From Candidatus Latescibacterota bacterium (GTDB taxonomy: Bacteria; Latescibacterota; UBA2968; GCA-2709665): a DNA stretch of 64,000 nt. A program made the position numbers and the translations under genes. The notes under the pieces are model-generated. The model did no database searches, had not been told where the DNA came from, and was given only the letters and a program-made list of their open reading frames with translations. Within the stretch, counting starts at the first letter, position 1. Every line of letters begins with the position of its first letter. Positions 54,649 to 64,000 of the stretch are shown here, piece by piece. Location: positions 2,240,001-2,304,000 of the forward strand of contig OZ241917.1 of the NCBI GenBank assembly GCA_965203805.1, given 5' to 3'.

Positions 54649-55245
54649 ATGTCCAGCCTGCCTAAACGGATTGTGAAGCTCGCTGCCGACTCACCGGAAG
54701 GCGCACCGCTGTCCCCAGGTGCTCTTCTTCACCTGGGAACCCGGGCGGCAATCGACCAGGCGTTGTCACGACTTGCCCGCAAAGGGGACCTCCTGCGGGT
54801 CTGCCACGGCGTCTATGTCCGGCCCATACAGACCCGATTCGGTCCTCGTCCGCCTGCAGTTGAGAAAGTGATCGCATCGCTGTCCACTCTATGGGGTGAT
54901 ACAATTGTACCCTGTGGGGGTGCGGCGGCGAACGCCCTTGGACTTACAACACAGGTGCCGGTGCGGTCGGTCTATCTGACATCCGGCGCCGGTCGCAAGT
55001 TGTACCTGGGCAAGTTGGCAGTGGAACTGCGCCATGCTCCGCGTTGGCAACTGGCAGCGCCGCACCGACCCGCCGGCGAGGTGGTTCGCGCCCTGTCATG
55101 GCTGGGTCCGGACGAAGTTAAGGCGGGCCTGGGCGTGATTGGGCGCAAGCTTTCAGCCGAAGACCTTGGCGAGTTGGCCGCATCGCGCGCCGTAATGCCG
55201 GCATGGATGGCGGAACCCGTAAGCGCAATGGTTGCCAATGGCTGA
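54649..55245 (+). CDS. Type IV TA antitoxin, AbiEi/DUF6088-like winged-helix protein
   Basis: LGTRAAIDQALSRL...RVCHGVY and GAAAANALGLTTQVP...YLTSG; ATG 54649 after GAGGTG. Confidence 0.85.
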   Translation: MSSLPKRIVKLAADSPEGAPLSPGALLHLGTRAAIDQALSRLARKGDLLRVCHGVYVRPIQTRFGPRPPAVEKVIASLSTLWGDTIVPCGGAAANALGLTTQVPVRSVYLTSGAGRKLYLGKLAVELRHAPRWQLAAPHRPAGEVVRALSWLGPDEVKAGLGVIGRKLSAEDLGELAASRAVMPAWMAEPVSAMVANG

Positions 55246-56254
55246 CACGCCGTTTCAAACCCTTTCCCCGGACGACCGGCGGGATGCCCTGAACGTGGCC
55301 TCCAGCCTCAGTGGGAAGCGTACCCATCTCCTGGAGAAGGATATATGGGTCGTGCACACTTTACGCGCCCTGATGGAGAGTCCTTACGGTCGAGACCTGA
55401 CCTTCAAGGGAGGCACCTCTCTGGCCAAGGCGTATCATGCCATCCGTCGATTTTCGGAAGACCTTGACGTCACCTATGGCATCCGATCCATCGCTGCCGA
55501 CCTCGTGGAGGGCGATGGGATAGACGCACTGCCATCCACGCGCAGTCAGGAGCGGAAGTGGACACGGGAAATCAGGCGACGCCTGGCCGATTGGGTGGAA
55601 ATTCATGCGCGGCCTACGATTGAGGCTAACCTGTCTGAATCCGGACTTTCCGCATGGATACGTGCCGACGGAGACCGGATATTCGTCAGCTATGAGCCGC
55701 TGTTCCCGGATTACGGATTCGTAAGGCCGGAAGTGTCGGTGGAGTTTGGGGGTCGTTCGACGGGGGAGCCTCGCGAAGAACGTCCTATAACGTGCGATGC
55801 CGCGCTATACGTATCGGAAATCGCATTCCCCTCGACCCATACGCTCGTCATGTTGCCGGAACGTACCTTCTGGGAGAAGGCCACGGCGGTGCACGTTTTT
55901 TGCCTCCAACAACGAAGCCGGGGCGAGAGGCTTTCCCGGCACTGGCATGACCTCTTCCACCTGGATGAAGCGGGTTTCGTCGAAAGGTCGCTCGTCGACC
56001 GAGGCCTGGCGATGTCGGTAGCACGACACAAAGCGATGTTCTTCCGCGAGAAGGACGCCGCAGGGAACTGGATCGACTACGAGGCTGCGGTATCTGGAGC
56101 ATTGCGGCTGGTGCCGCAAGGGTTGGCATATGAGGCGCTGGCTGACGACTACGGAAAGATGCTCAGCGATGGGATGTTGCTTGAAGACGAAGAGCGTTTC
56201 GAGACCGTAATGGACAGATGCGCCGAAATCGAGACGCGGGCGAATCGAAGATAA
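55238..56254 (+). CDS. abiEii: AbiEii/AbiGii-family nucleotidyltransferase toxin
   Basis: LEKDIWV, FKGGTSLAKAY...IRRFSEDLD, ERTFWEK and SRHWHD; overlaps the antitoxin stop. Confidence 0.9.
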   Translation: MADTPFQTLSPDDRRDALNVASSLSGKRTHLLEKDIWVVHTLRALMESPYGRDLTFKGGTSLAKAYHAIRRFSEDLDVTYGIRSIAADLVEGDGIDALPSTRSQERKWTREIRRRLADWVEIHARPTIEANLSESGLSAWIRADGDRIFVSYEPLFPDYGFVRPEVSVEFGGRSTGEPREERPITCDAALYVSEIAFPSTHTLVMLPERTFWEKATAVHVFCLQQRSRGERLSRHWHDLFHLDEAGFVERSLVDRGLAMSVARHKAMFFREKDAAGNWIDYEAAVSGALRLVPQGLAYEALADDYGKMLSDGMLLEDEERFETVMDRCAEIETRANRR

Positions 56255-56374
56255 GCATAACTGACGTGCAGGCAGATCTCGGCTCCAATACCTCGTCCTA
56301 TTTTTTGGATCGCGGCGGGAGATGGGAATGGATCCGGATGTTTGTGAACCTTTGCTACCGGTGCCGTTGCTCTA

Positions 56375-59300
56375 TCATTTCAACAGCATCATTTTCCTGA
56401 CCGCCGTGAACCTGCCGCCACCCGCCACAAGACGGACGCAGTAGATCCCGCTGGACACTTCCCTCCCCGAGTCGTCCCTCCCGTCCCAGGTAGCCTGGTA
56501 ATAGCCGGCCTGCCGGTTGCCTTCGGCCAGCACGCGGACCCGCTGTCCGAGAAGATTGTAGACGATCAGCGAGATATTGCCGGCCTCGGGTAGCTGGTAA
56601 GCGATCTGACACTCGATATTGAACGGGTTCGGGAAACTCTGGTGCAGGGCGAATTCAGCGGGTTCGGCCGGCGAATCCCGCATGAAGCGACCGCCGATCT
56701 TCCATCCCGTCACCTCTCCCCGGTCCGTCCCGACGACCACGCCGTCCCCGGTTCTCAGGATGTGGGTCGGCCGACCCGTCGTCTTGCCCACACCGCCGAC
56801 CTCTCCTGATCCGTTCAGTACGATGACGCTGCCGTCTTCGCAGCCGGCTGCGACCCAGGCGGCTTCGTTGGCGCGCAGGAACGCCAGCACGGTGGGCGGG
56901 CTGTGCAGCCGGCGGGTCCAGACCCGCGCGCACCTTGCATCCAGCGCGACCACGAATCCCTTGGACGTCGCCGCGATAATCTCCTTCTTCCCGTCTCCGT
57001 CCAGGTCCCCGATGTCCAGGTCTCGCATGTTCTGCGCGGGGATCCGATTCCCCGGGCCGAAGTTCGCGCTATAGAGGGCGACGCCGTTCTCATCCCACAC
57101 GGTCACACGGTTCCACGTGCCGTTGATCTCGCTGATTACCTCTTTCGTCCCGTCTGCGTCCAGGTCTTCGTTGAAGATGTGCTTCCGGCTCATCGAGGCC
57201 CATCCGCCGATGTACGTATGGCCTGCCGGGACCCCGGCGAACCGGCCCCGGGTCACGTTCGTCGACCGACTGTTCACTACGGACAGCGAGTGCGAATCCG
57301 TGGGCTGCCGCGCGATCAGAAGATCGGCGCCGCCCCTGGGGCTCTCGATGAGTGCGAACCGGGTCCCGGGCCCCCAGAACACCGGCAGCCTCTCCTCCAG
57401 CTCTCCCCTTCCGTTCAGGATCTCCAGCGTACACGCGCTTCCCACAAATGCCTGGCTCTGCCCGTTTCGAAAGATCCCCGTGTGCAATCCGTGGATTCCT
57501 TCGTGACCCGGCGCGGTCTTGAACCAGTAGGTCTTCCCGGCCTGAAAGACCGCCGGATGCATTTCCGACACGAACGTCCACCTTCGTCTTCCCTCCAGGT
57601 CGAACGCGATCACCTGTTCGTCTCCGCACCCGGCCAGCAGCAACTGGAACGTATCCCACCAGCGCAGAACCCGGACCGGACCGTCGGTCCCGAAGAACCG
57701 ACCCTCCCGGCCGTCCGAAGTGAGCAGATGCACCCCTTTTTCCGCGCCGACGCCGACCCAGGTCCTGCCTTCGGCATCGAATGTAATCATGTCCGTGACC
57801 GCTGCGCCGATCTGCGCCGTGAGAGACATGGGCGCGGGCGGACCGTCCGGCACGGTGGGAGACGCGGGAGTATCCGCCTCGCGTCGACGCGCCGCCAGAG
57901 CCTGCGCCAACAACTCCGCCAGGCGGTCGACCGTCCCGGAGAGCACATCCGGATCGGGCGCCGCTCCCGTAAATTCATGCCGGCCTTCCGGCACGAGAAA
58001 AACGAAGCCGCTGTCGGAATCGGCGCCGGTCGCCAGCGGATGGCCGTTCATCCGGACCTCCGACGGTTCAGCGAACGCCGCGCGAACTCGGGTCTCCTCC
58101 GGTGTCGAGAGCATGGCGGTTCTCGAGCGAAAGTCCCAGTCCAGATCCACCGGCGAGGACGCTGAGAACAGGACCGCCTCCAGGCTCGCGGTCTTCAAGC
58201 CCGTACCGAAGAGATGATCGGCGGCCAGCAGAACGACGTCGCCCTGAATGCCGGAGTATTCACCGGAAACGGCAATCGCCGGTTCGGGAAGTCCCAGTAT
58301 CGCCGCCTGCGTATCCAGCCGCAGGCAGGCGACCGGCGCTCCCGCCGTGCCGTTCCCGGCAATCAGCGAAAAGAACGCGCGCTCCTCCCCGGACGACACG
58401 GCGCCTGTCCACACCAGGGATGCCGTTCTGCCGTTGATCATCATCTCCACGGGGTCCGAGGCACGGATGCCAAACCGGGTTCCGCCGGTCTGGATGTGCG
58501 GCGTACCGCCCTCTGAAGACGAATGCCATCGCCCTGGCGCCGTCCATTCTGTCCGCACCTCGAGGTTCGCGCTGTTCACCCGGAAACTCAGTTGGTCGAC
58601 AAACAACGCATACCTTCCCACGCGTTGCACGAGGGCGCGGCGCCAATTGCAGAACGGCGCGTCGGGCACTTCGGCGACGGCAACGGCCGTCCGGCCCAGC
58701 ACGTCCCGATAACGAAGCGCCGCGTCCATCGGGCTGTGCGCCTCCACCAGTCCGTCGGCCCCCGTCAGCACCTGATTTCCGTACCCTTCGAGTACGGTCT
58801 CCCCGTCCAGGCGCAGTTCCAGAACAGCAAACGCGTGGTAGGGATTCCGGGAGGCTCCGTTCAATCCGTCGATCAGGATGAAGTCCCCCGTCGCGCCGGT
58901 TGTGCTTCGAAAGCTCCCGAATTGGAACGAGTCCGAAATCGGCAGCCCGCTCGCCCGCCGTATCCACAGCGGCTCCGGCACCTGCAGGATGCTCCACTTT
59001 TGAGTAAGATCCGTCGGCTGGACCGGAACCATGTCGGACCCGGGCCAGAAGGACTGGCCCAGCCGGAACTTATTCAGATCCACTCCGGTCCGGCGCGCGT
59101 ATTCCAGGTATCGCCCGTCGCCCGTGAGATACGCGGCTTTGTGGAGATATCCGATGGAGGCGTAGCGAAGGGCCCAGTCGGGCTCGCGGCCGGAGATCAG
59201 CATCTCCTGCCCGCGCAGCAGCGTTTCCAGTACGCCGTTCCGCAGCGCGGCCCGTTCCCCCGAAATCAGCATATACGTGAAGATGGGGGCAATGCCGGTA

Positions 59301-60490
59301 CTGTACCAATACAGATTGTCGGCTTCGCCAAACACCCACGCGTGATCACGCAACGGTGAAAAATGCCACCCGGCGGCTGCCATCGAATGCTCCCAGAGCG
59401 TGTGGGGATACCCATTCTGAAAATAGCGGCCCAGACAGTAAAGCGAAACCGCCGACCACTGACCGTGGCGTGATCCGACCATGGATGGTGGGACGTCGTA
59501 ATCCCATACCCCGTTTTGCACGTTTTCGACGATTCGCCGTCTGGGGCCCTGGTCCTGCGGGTGGGCGAACTGTTTGGAAAAGGCATTGGTCACCCGCAAT
59601 CGCTCCGCGTCCGAAAATACCGGGCTCTCTTCAATCAGGTCCCAGTAGAGAATCATCATATGCGCGTTGTAGTGATACGGACCGCTGAGCGGCTCGTCCT
59701 TGTTCTCGATTCGCTCGCCGTCGATCGCGGCAATCTCCGATCTCGCCTTCGCATCCGGAAACGCCAGCCGGAGAAACTCCCGCGCATGGTGTTCTCTTCC
59801 GGTCATGTAGTACATCGCCATATGCTTGCTGATGCTGTTCCACCCGAAATAACCCACAGACCGGTATCCGGCCGAGGCCTCCCAGGTTTCGAAGTCCTCA
59901 AGCGCTTCGGGCACGTGCATCCCGTCCCCAAGCCGGATTTCCATAAGCCGGCCGACCGACAGGCCGGTGGCTCCCCCGGAATCTCCGGTCAGCTTTCGAA
60001 TAAACACGTCCGCCGCCTGAGCCACGCCGGCTGCATCGCTCCCGCCGACCGCAATCACGTTGCGGCCGTTTCCGAAGGGATTGTGGATCGATCGCACGAC
60101 ATAGCCGCCAGGACCCGGGTATTTCAGGTCCAGCAACGTGTAGTACAGATCGTACAACGCCGCTATGGTGCGATTCGTGGACCTGTTTCCCAGCACGATC
60201 AGGTTTTCCGTGATCGGCACCGAACCGGTGGGCAAGTCATCCCGCGCCACAGGGACCTCCACGCCGGTGCGTGAGAGAATGGCCCGCTGAATACGCGCCG
60301 CGTCGGCGTCATAGATTCCGCTTGAGGGGATCACGATGGTCGCGGCCGCCCTCCCGTTCTCGACCAGTACGGTCGTCAGATGAAGGTCTTTCAGGCTGCT
60401 GTATACAGGTGGGATCGACGCCGGGTCCGCGTACAGGGGCGCTGCCGCCGGGGGAAGGAGAAGGAGAAGGGATGCCATGCGCGCGAACAT
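56375..60490 (-). CDS. Large secreted multidomain protein (glycoside hydrolase/lyase-like core, FG-GAP/PQQ-type propeller, C-terminal FlgD-Ig sorting-like domain)
   Basis: Signal peptide after ATG 60490; LIVLGN...VGGSDAAG N-domain; DLDADG and DLDGDGKKEI repeats; C-terminal FALHQSFPNPFN...WDGRDDSGREVSSGIY...KMMLLK. Confidence 0.75.
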   Translation of the reverse strand: MFARMASLLLLLPPAAAPLYADPASIPPVYSSLKDLHLTTVLVENGRAAATIVIPSSGIYDADAARIQRAILSRTGVEVPVARDDLPTGSVPITENLIVLGNRSTNRTIAALYDLYYTLLDLKYPGPGGYVVRSIHNPFGNGRNVIAVGGSDAAGVAQAADVFIRKLTGDSGGATGLSVGRLMEIRLGDGMHVPEALEDFETWEASAGYRSVGYFGWNSISKHMAMYYMTGREHHAREFLRLAFPDAKARSEIAAIDGERIENKDEPLSGPYHYNAHMMILYWDLIEESPVFSDAERLRVTNAFSKQFAHPQDQGPRRRIVENVQNGVWDYDVPPSMVGSRHGQWSAVSLYCLGRYFQNGYPHTLWEHSMAAAGWHFSPLRDHAWVFGEADNLYWYSTGIAPIFTYMLISGERAALRNGVLETLLRGQEMLISGREPDWALRYASIGYLHKAAYLTGDGRYLEYARRTGVDLNKFRLGQSFWPGSDMVPVQPTDLTQKWSILQVPEPLWIRRASGLPISDSFQFGSFRSTTGATGDFILIDGLNGASRNPYHAFAVLELRLDGETVLEGYGNQVLTGADGLVEAHSPMDAALRYRDVLGRTAVAVAEVPDAPFCNWRRALVQRVGRYALFVDQLSFRVNSANLEVRTEWTAPGRWHSSSEGGTPHIQTGGTRFGIRASDPVEMMINGRTASLVWTGAVSSGEERAFFSLIAGNGTAGAPVACLRLDTQAAILGLPEPAIAVSGEYSGIQGDVVLLAADHLFGTGLKTASLEAVLFSASSPVDLDWDFRSRTAMLSTPEETRVRAAFAEPSEVRMNGHPLATGADSDSGFVFLVPEGRHEFTGAAPDPDVLSGTVDRLAELLAQALAARRREADTPASPTVPDGPPAPMSLTAQIGAAVTDMITFDAEGRTWVGVGAEKGVHLLTSDGREGRFFGTDGPVRVLRWWDTFQLLLAGCGDEQVIAFDLEGRRRWTFVSEMHPAVFQAGKTYWFKTAPGHEGIHGLHTGIFRNGQSQAFVGSACTLEILNGRGELEERLPVFWGPGTRFALIESPRGGADLLIARQPTDSHSLSVVNSRSTNVTRGRFAGVPAGHTYIGGWASMSRKHIFNEDLDADGTKEVISEINGTWNRVTVWDENGVALYSANFGPGNRIPAQNMRDLDIGDLDGDGKKEIIAATSKGFVVALDARCARVWTRRLHSPPTVLAFLRANEAAWVAAGCEDGSVIVLNGSGEVGGVGKTTGRPTHILRTGDGVVVGTDRGEVTGWKIGGRFMRDSPAEPAEFALHQSFPNPFNIECQIAYQLPEAGNISLIVYNLLGQRVRVLAEGNRQAGYYQATWDGRDDSGREVSSGIYCVRLVAGGGRFTAVRKMMLLK

Positions 60491-60658
60491 TTCCACGATC
60501 CTTTTTCGCGCCCCGGTGCGCCTGAAGGCGCGGGGCGGTCGATGAGCCGCGAAAACGCTGATATGCAGAAATATACCCTGTTTGATGCGGAATGTATAGT
60601 CGTACCTGTTCAGTCGACGCATCGAAGAGGAGCGCCAGCGCTCGATGGTATTTTCGCC

Positions 60659-60687
60659 TTGACATCGAATGGTGCTATATGTAGTAT
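60659..60687 (+). promoter_or_regulatory. Sigma70 promoter placing the predicted transcription start at the toxin GTG
   Basis: TTGACA-N17-TAGTAT, with the GTG start 7 nt downstream at 60694 and no Shine-Dalgarno. Confidence 0.65.
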
Positions 60688-60693
60688 CACATT

Positions 60694-61122
60694 GTGGCCT
60701 CCATCAATGCCATCCTCGATACGAATGTGCTCTATGCGGGCTTGTATTCCTCTTTTGGGGCCTCGTATAGAGTCTTGAATGCGTTAGAGCAGGGCCGGAT
60801 CCAAATCGTCCTCTCGACGACCCTGGTTTTCGAATACGAAGAGGTATTGAAAAGAGATCAGGAAACACTGAATCTGACAGATAAGGAGATAGAGGTTCTG
60901 TTGGATGATCTTTGCCTGCGTAGTATTCACCAGGTCCTTTACTTTCATTGGCGACCTTGTTTATCGCATCCGAAAGACGATCATATTCTGGAATTGGCGG
61001 TGGCCTCTGCCAGCTCAACGATTATCACCCAAAATGTCAGGGATTTTAGGCAAGCGACGGCGTTCGGTATTCGAGCGATCACCCCAAGGCAATTATTGGA
61101 GGAACTGAAATGGGTGCATTGA
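60694..61122 (+). CDS. PIN-family putative toxin (PIN_3/TIGR00305-like)
   Basis: ILDTNVL, EYEEVL, DDHILELAV and IITQNVRDF. Confidence 0.87.
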   Translation: MASINAILDTNVLYAGLYSSFGASYRVLNALEQGRIQIVLSTTLVFEYEEVLKRDQETLNLTDKEIEVLLDDLCLRSIHQVLYFHWRPCLSHPKDDHILELAVASASSTIITQNVRDFRQATAFGIRAITPRQLLEELKWVH

Positions 61123-61346
61123 ACCTGCGATTGCCCGATTCTATCCATCGTCATATCAAAGAGATCGCTAAACACGAAGGGGTTTCCATCAATCAGTTTA
61201 TCTCGACCGCGGTATCGGAGAAAGTCTCAGCGATATTAACCGAGGAGTATTTGTCCGCGAGAGCCGGTCGAGCAAAAGAGGGGGCTCTCAAGAGTATCCT
61301 GGATCAGGTGCGTGACCGACCTCCTCTGCGGGAAGACAAGCTCTAA
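61110..61346 (+). CDS. RHH/HicB-like antitoxin
   Basis: LNLRLPDSIH...EGVSINQFI..AVSEK; overlaps the toxin gene; GGAGG RBS. Confidence 0.85.
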   Translation: MGALNLRLPDSIHRHIKEIAKHEGVSINQFISTAVSEKVSAILTEEYLSARAGRAKEGALKSILDQVRDRPPLREDKL

Positions 61347-61378
61347 CCTTTCCACACCTCTGTCCGGAAGGAAGGGAA

Positions 61379-62242
61379 ATGCGAAACCGTCCGTTCGGCA
61401 AGACGGGCATCCGTGTCAGCGAGGTCAGCCTGGGCGGCGCGTACATCGGCGGAACCGACCCCGATCGCCAGAGAGATAACGCGTCCGAGATCGTCCTTCG
61501 CGCGAAAGCACTCGGAATCAACTATATTGACACCGCGCCCCTGTATCGCGGAAGCGAAGCACTGTTCGGCTACGCACTGGAAGCCGCCCAAACGCCCATG
61601 CACGTCGCCACGAAGGTCGGCTATGACCCCGAAGATTTTGATTATCGCCGGGACAGTGTACTGCGCAGTCTGGAAAGAAGCCTCGAGCGACTGCGAATAT
61701 CGAAGCTCTTCACGGCCCAGATCCACCAGGTAAGCGAAGCCGGCTGGCAGCGCATCATGGAACGGGGCGGGACCCTCGAGGGATTGCGCGATGCGCAAAA
61801 GCTCGGCCTGTGCGACCATATCGGCATTACGGACAGGGCCATCCCACTTCTGGCAAAGCTCGCCCGGACAGGCGAGTTCGACTCCCTGCTCGTCTTCCTC
61901 GATTACCATCCCCTTTCGCAAAAAGCCGCCGAAGAGGTGATACCCGCCGCCGCCGAAAGCCAAATGGGTATTGTCGTTGCGACCGTGCTGGCGGGCGGGC
62001 TCTTTTCGGATGAACCCAGACGCAAGGCCGCGCTTGAAAATCTCGGAGACCGCGGGGAGCGCGCCAAAGCCGAGGGGATCATCGAAAGACTGAGTGAGGA
62101 GCCGGGGACCGTACCCCGGAACGCGTTCCGGTATGTCCTTGCGGACGCGAGGGTCAGCACGGTCTCGAGTGGTGCGGCAACGGCGGACGAACTGGAAGAC
62201 GTGGCGCGCGCATCGGACATGGAGCCGCTTGCGTGGCGATGA
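61379..62242 (+). CDS. Aldo/keto reductase
   Basis: RPFGKTGIRVSEVSLG, GINYIDTAPLY, ATKVG, SLERLR and QIH. Confidence 0.9.
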   Translation: MRNRPFGKTGIRVSEVSLGGAYIGGTDPDRQRDNASEIVLRAKALGINYIDTAPLYRGSEALFGYALEAAQTPMHVATKVGYDPEDFDYRRDSVLRSLERSLERLRISKLFTAQIHQVSEAGWQRIMERGGTLEGLRDAQKLGLCDHIGITDRAIPLLAKLARTGEFDSLLVFLDYHPLSQKAAEEVIPAAAESQMGIVVATVLAGGLFSDEPRRKAALENLGDRGERAKAEGIIERLSEEPGTVPRNAFRYVLADARVSTVSSGAATADELEDVARASDMEPLAWR

Positions 62243-62427
62243 GGTAACCGCGGCGATACGGCCCGACCCGCCTTCCGGGTTTTCAGGGAACCATCGTCGG
62301 AGTTTCCGTGTCTTTCACGGGTGTGGAGTCCCTGTCAGAGCCCTTGGCGTCCTGTTGAATTCGAAGGCCGGAATCAACCCGGCCGCCGAACGGCGAACCC
62401 CTGCGTTACCGTGCGAAGGATTTGAGA

Positions 62428-64000
62428 ATGGGATACGTTCTGGCTTTCGCGATGGCATTTGTCCTGGGTGCGGCAGGCGATACCCTTGCCGGGTCGACCC
62501 ACGCCACCCGGACGCCGATTGAAGCCCTTTACAGCGAGGGCATGCGGCTCCTCAAGGCAGGGGAGCCGGAAGCCGCGCTGATGAAATTCACGGAAGCGCT
62601 CGCTGTCGACAAGAAGCATGCGCCCTCGCTGGTGGGCATGGGTCACGTGTATCTGGAACTCCGTGAACTGGATAAGGCGGAAGACGCGTTTATGGACGCC
62701 AGGCGCAGGCAGCGGAAATTCGCGCCCGCCCACAACGGGTTGGGGCTGGTGTATATGCGGAAGGAAAAGGGATTGATGTGGGCAATCAGATACTTTCAGG
62801 ATGCAATTTCCGTGGATCGGACCTACGCAGAGGCCTACTACAATCTGGCGCGTACCTATCGGCAGATCGAAGACACCAAGGAGCTGACGACTTACCGGCG
62901 GCTCTCCAGGATCGTCCCGAACCACGCGGACGTATGGTTCCAGATCGGACGCATTCTCAAAAACGGGGAATCCGGAGAGTACGTCCAGCCGGAGAAGGCG
63001 GACGCCGCCTTCCGCAGACAGCTGGAGGTGAATCCGGACCACCCGCAATCGAGGCTGAGTCTGGGAGAGGTATTGACGGAACAGGAAAGAGCCGACGAGG
63101 CCGTCCCTATTCTGATGCCCCTTGTGGAATCGCCGAATCCCCATCAGCGGCACTCGCTCGTGGCGCTCGCCGAAGCCTATCTCAAGCAGCGTGAATACGA
63201 CCGTGCCGACGTCCTGTTCGACCGGTATCTCGAAGGCCTGGCGGCAGACACCCAGGCCGTGTATTACGACTTGCGCAACGTGGCGGAAGAACGGGAGCGG
63301 GAGCCTTTCGTAGCCGCGCCCCCTGCGGAGTGGAAAGCACTGGCCGAGACGTACTGGGCGGGAAGAGACCCGGCCCCCGTGACGGCCGCGAACGAGAGAA
63401 AATTGGAACACTACCGCCGTGTGGCCTATTCGCTGGAACATTTCGGCGCGGACCGGTTCCCGTGGGACGTGCGCGGCGACGTGTACGTGAGGTACGGCCG
63501 TCCCGCCCATGTGAGCAGTTCCGAAAATGTCCGGTTCGAGACGGACGCGAAGGCGATCCGGATCAAGGAACGGATCGCGCTCCAGGCCGGCGATGCGCTA
63601 TCCCACATGCTCAGGGTGCGAAACAGCGAAACGACGTCCCACGGCGGCAGGGACGGTGACCTGGGCGAGGCCAGTGTTCTGGGCCCCGTCAGCGAGAGTT
63701 TGCGCGAATCGGAGGAAGCGGGCGTCACCAGGACCGCGACCGGCGGCTACAGGGCGGTCCCGTTGAGCGACGGATCCGGAGACCTCTCCGGCAAGCTGCG
63801 GATGACGTCGAGCATTCTGGGCTGGCCCGTTTATCCGGTTTACGGAAAAGTCTGGGAATACTGGATTTATACGGATGTGGGTCCGGGGATAGAAATTACA
63901 TTCACCCGCACGCTGGGAAAGACGTCCTTCAAATTCGCGGATATGCCGAGCGGGAAGGGCGGGCACTCCCGCCATCTTTATACCTGGCAGCGTATGAATC
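62428..64000 (+). CDS. Secreted TPR plus GWxTD-domain protein, 3'-truncated by the window edge (absent from the ORF track)
   Basis: Frame from ATG 62428 (MGYVLAFAMAFVLGAAG): TPR repeats, then YWAGRDP...EHYRRVAY...PWDVRGDVYVRYGRP, paralleling 39437-41845. Confidence 0.82.
   Translation, partial: MGYVLAFAMAFVLGAAGDTLAGSTHATRTPIEALYSEGMRLLKAGEPEAALMKFTEALAVDKKHAPSLVGMGHVYLELRELDKAEDAFMDARRRQRKFAPAHNGLGLVYMRKEKGLMWAIRYFQDAISVDRTYAEAYYNLARTYRQIEDTKELTTYRRLSRIVPNHADVWFQIGRILKNGESGEYVQPEKADAAFRRQLEVNPDHPQSRLSLGEVLTEQERADEAVPILMPLVESPNPHQRHSLVALAEAYLKQREYDRADVLFDRYLEGLAADTQAVYYDLRNVAEEREREPFVAAPPAEWKALAETYWAGRDPAPVTAANERKLEHYRRVAYSLEHFGADRFPWDVRGDVYVRYGRPAHVSSSENVRFETDAKAIRIKERIALQAGDALSHMLRVRNSETTSHGGRDGDLGEASVLGPVSESLRESEEAGVTRTATGGYRAVPLSDGSGDLSGKLRMTSSILGWPVYPVYGKVWEYWIYTDVGPGIEITFTRTLGKTSFKFADMPSGKGGHSRHLYTWQRMN

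Noticed and set aside
1-64000. CRISPR array, rRNA, transposase or prophage genes
   Set aside because: No regularly spaced repeats or corresponding protein or RNA motifs were seen.

Overview
GC-rich bacterial chromosomal window. The paired EF-hand dockerin-like tags, an FlgD/PNPFN-type C-terminal domain and GWxTD/TPR proteins suggest an FCB-group lineage such as Candidatus Latescibacterota (inference only). In order, it contains: (1) a ~10 kb heme/iron acquisition operon (hmuU, hmuV, TonB-dependent receptor, porin, imelysin lipoprotein, di-heme cytochrome c of the DHOR family, a dockerin-tagged tandem HmuY, an IsdG-like monooxygenase) ending near tRNA-Pro(TGG), which has a 41-bp 3' duplicate; (2) tandem M19 dipeptidases, a sulfatase and an EVE protein; (3) a minus-strand operon ending in a two-domain rhodanese whose catalytic Cys codon is an in-frame TGA (probable selenoprotein, truncated by the ORF track); (4) gene relics, a TorF-like porin and glutamine synthetase III; (5) secreted or surface proteins, xerC-topA, a BatA/vWA protein, a CLC antiporter with a Pro-type selectivity motif next to an EIIA protein, and a GWxTD protein; (6) a split PFOR-type oxidoreductase directly upstream of aceE-aceF-lpdA; (7) three complete toxin-antitoxin pairs plus an orphan antitoxin relic, a large secreted protein, an aldo/keto reductase and a second, truncated GWxTD protein. 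The best leads are the dockerin-tagged double hemophore in a hybrid heme plus imelysin/DHOR operon, the Sec rhodanese and the GPGVA CLC. No CRISPR array, rRNA or transposase was seen. All family calls come from motif recognition by eye; no database searches were run.
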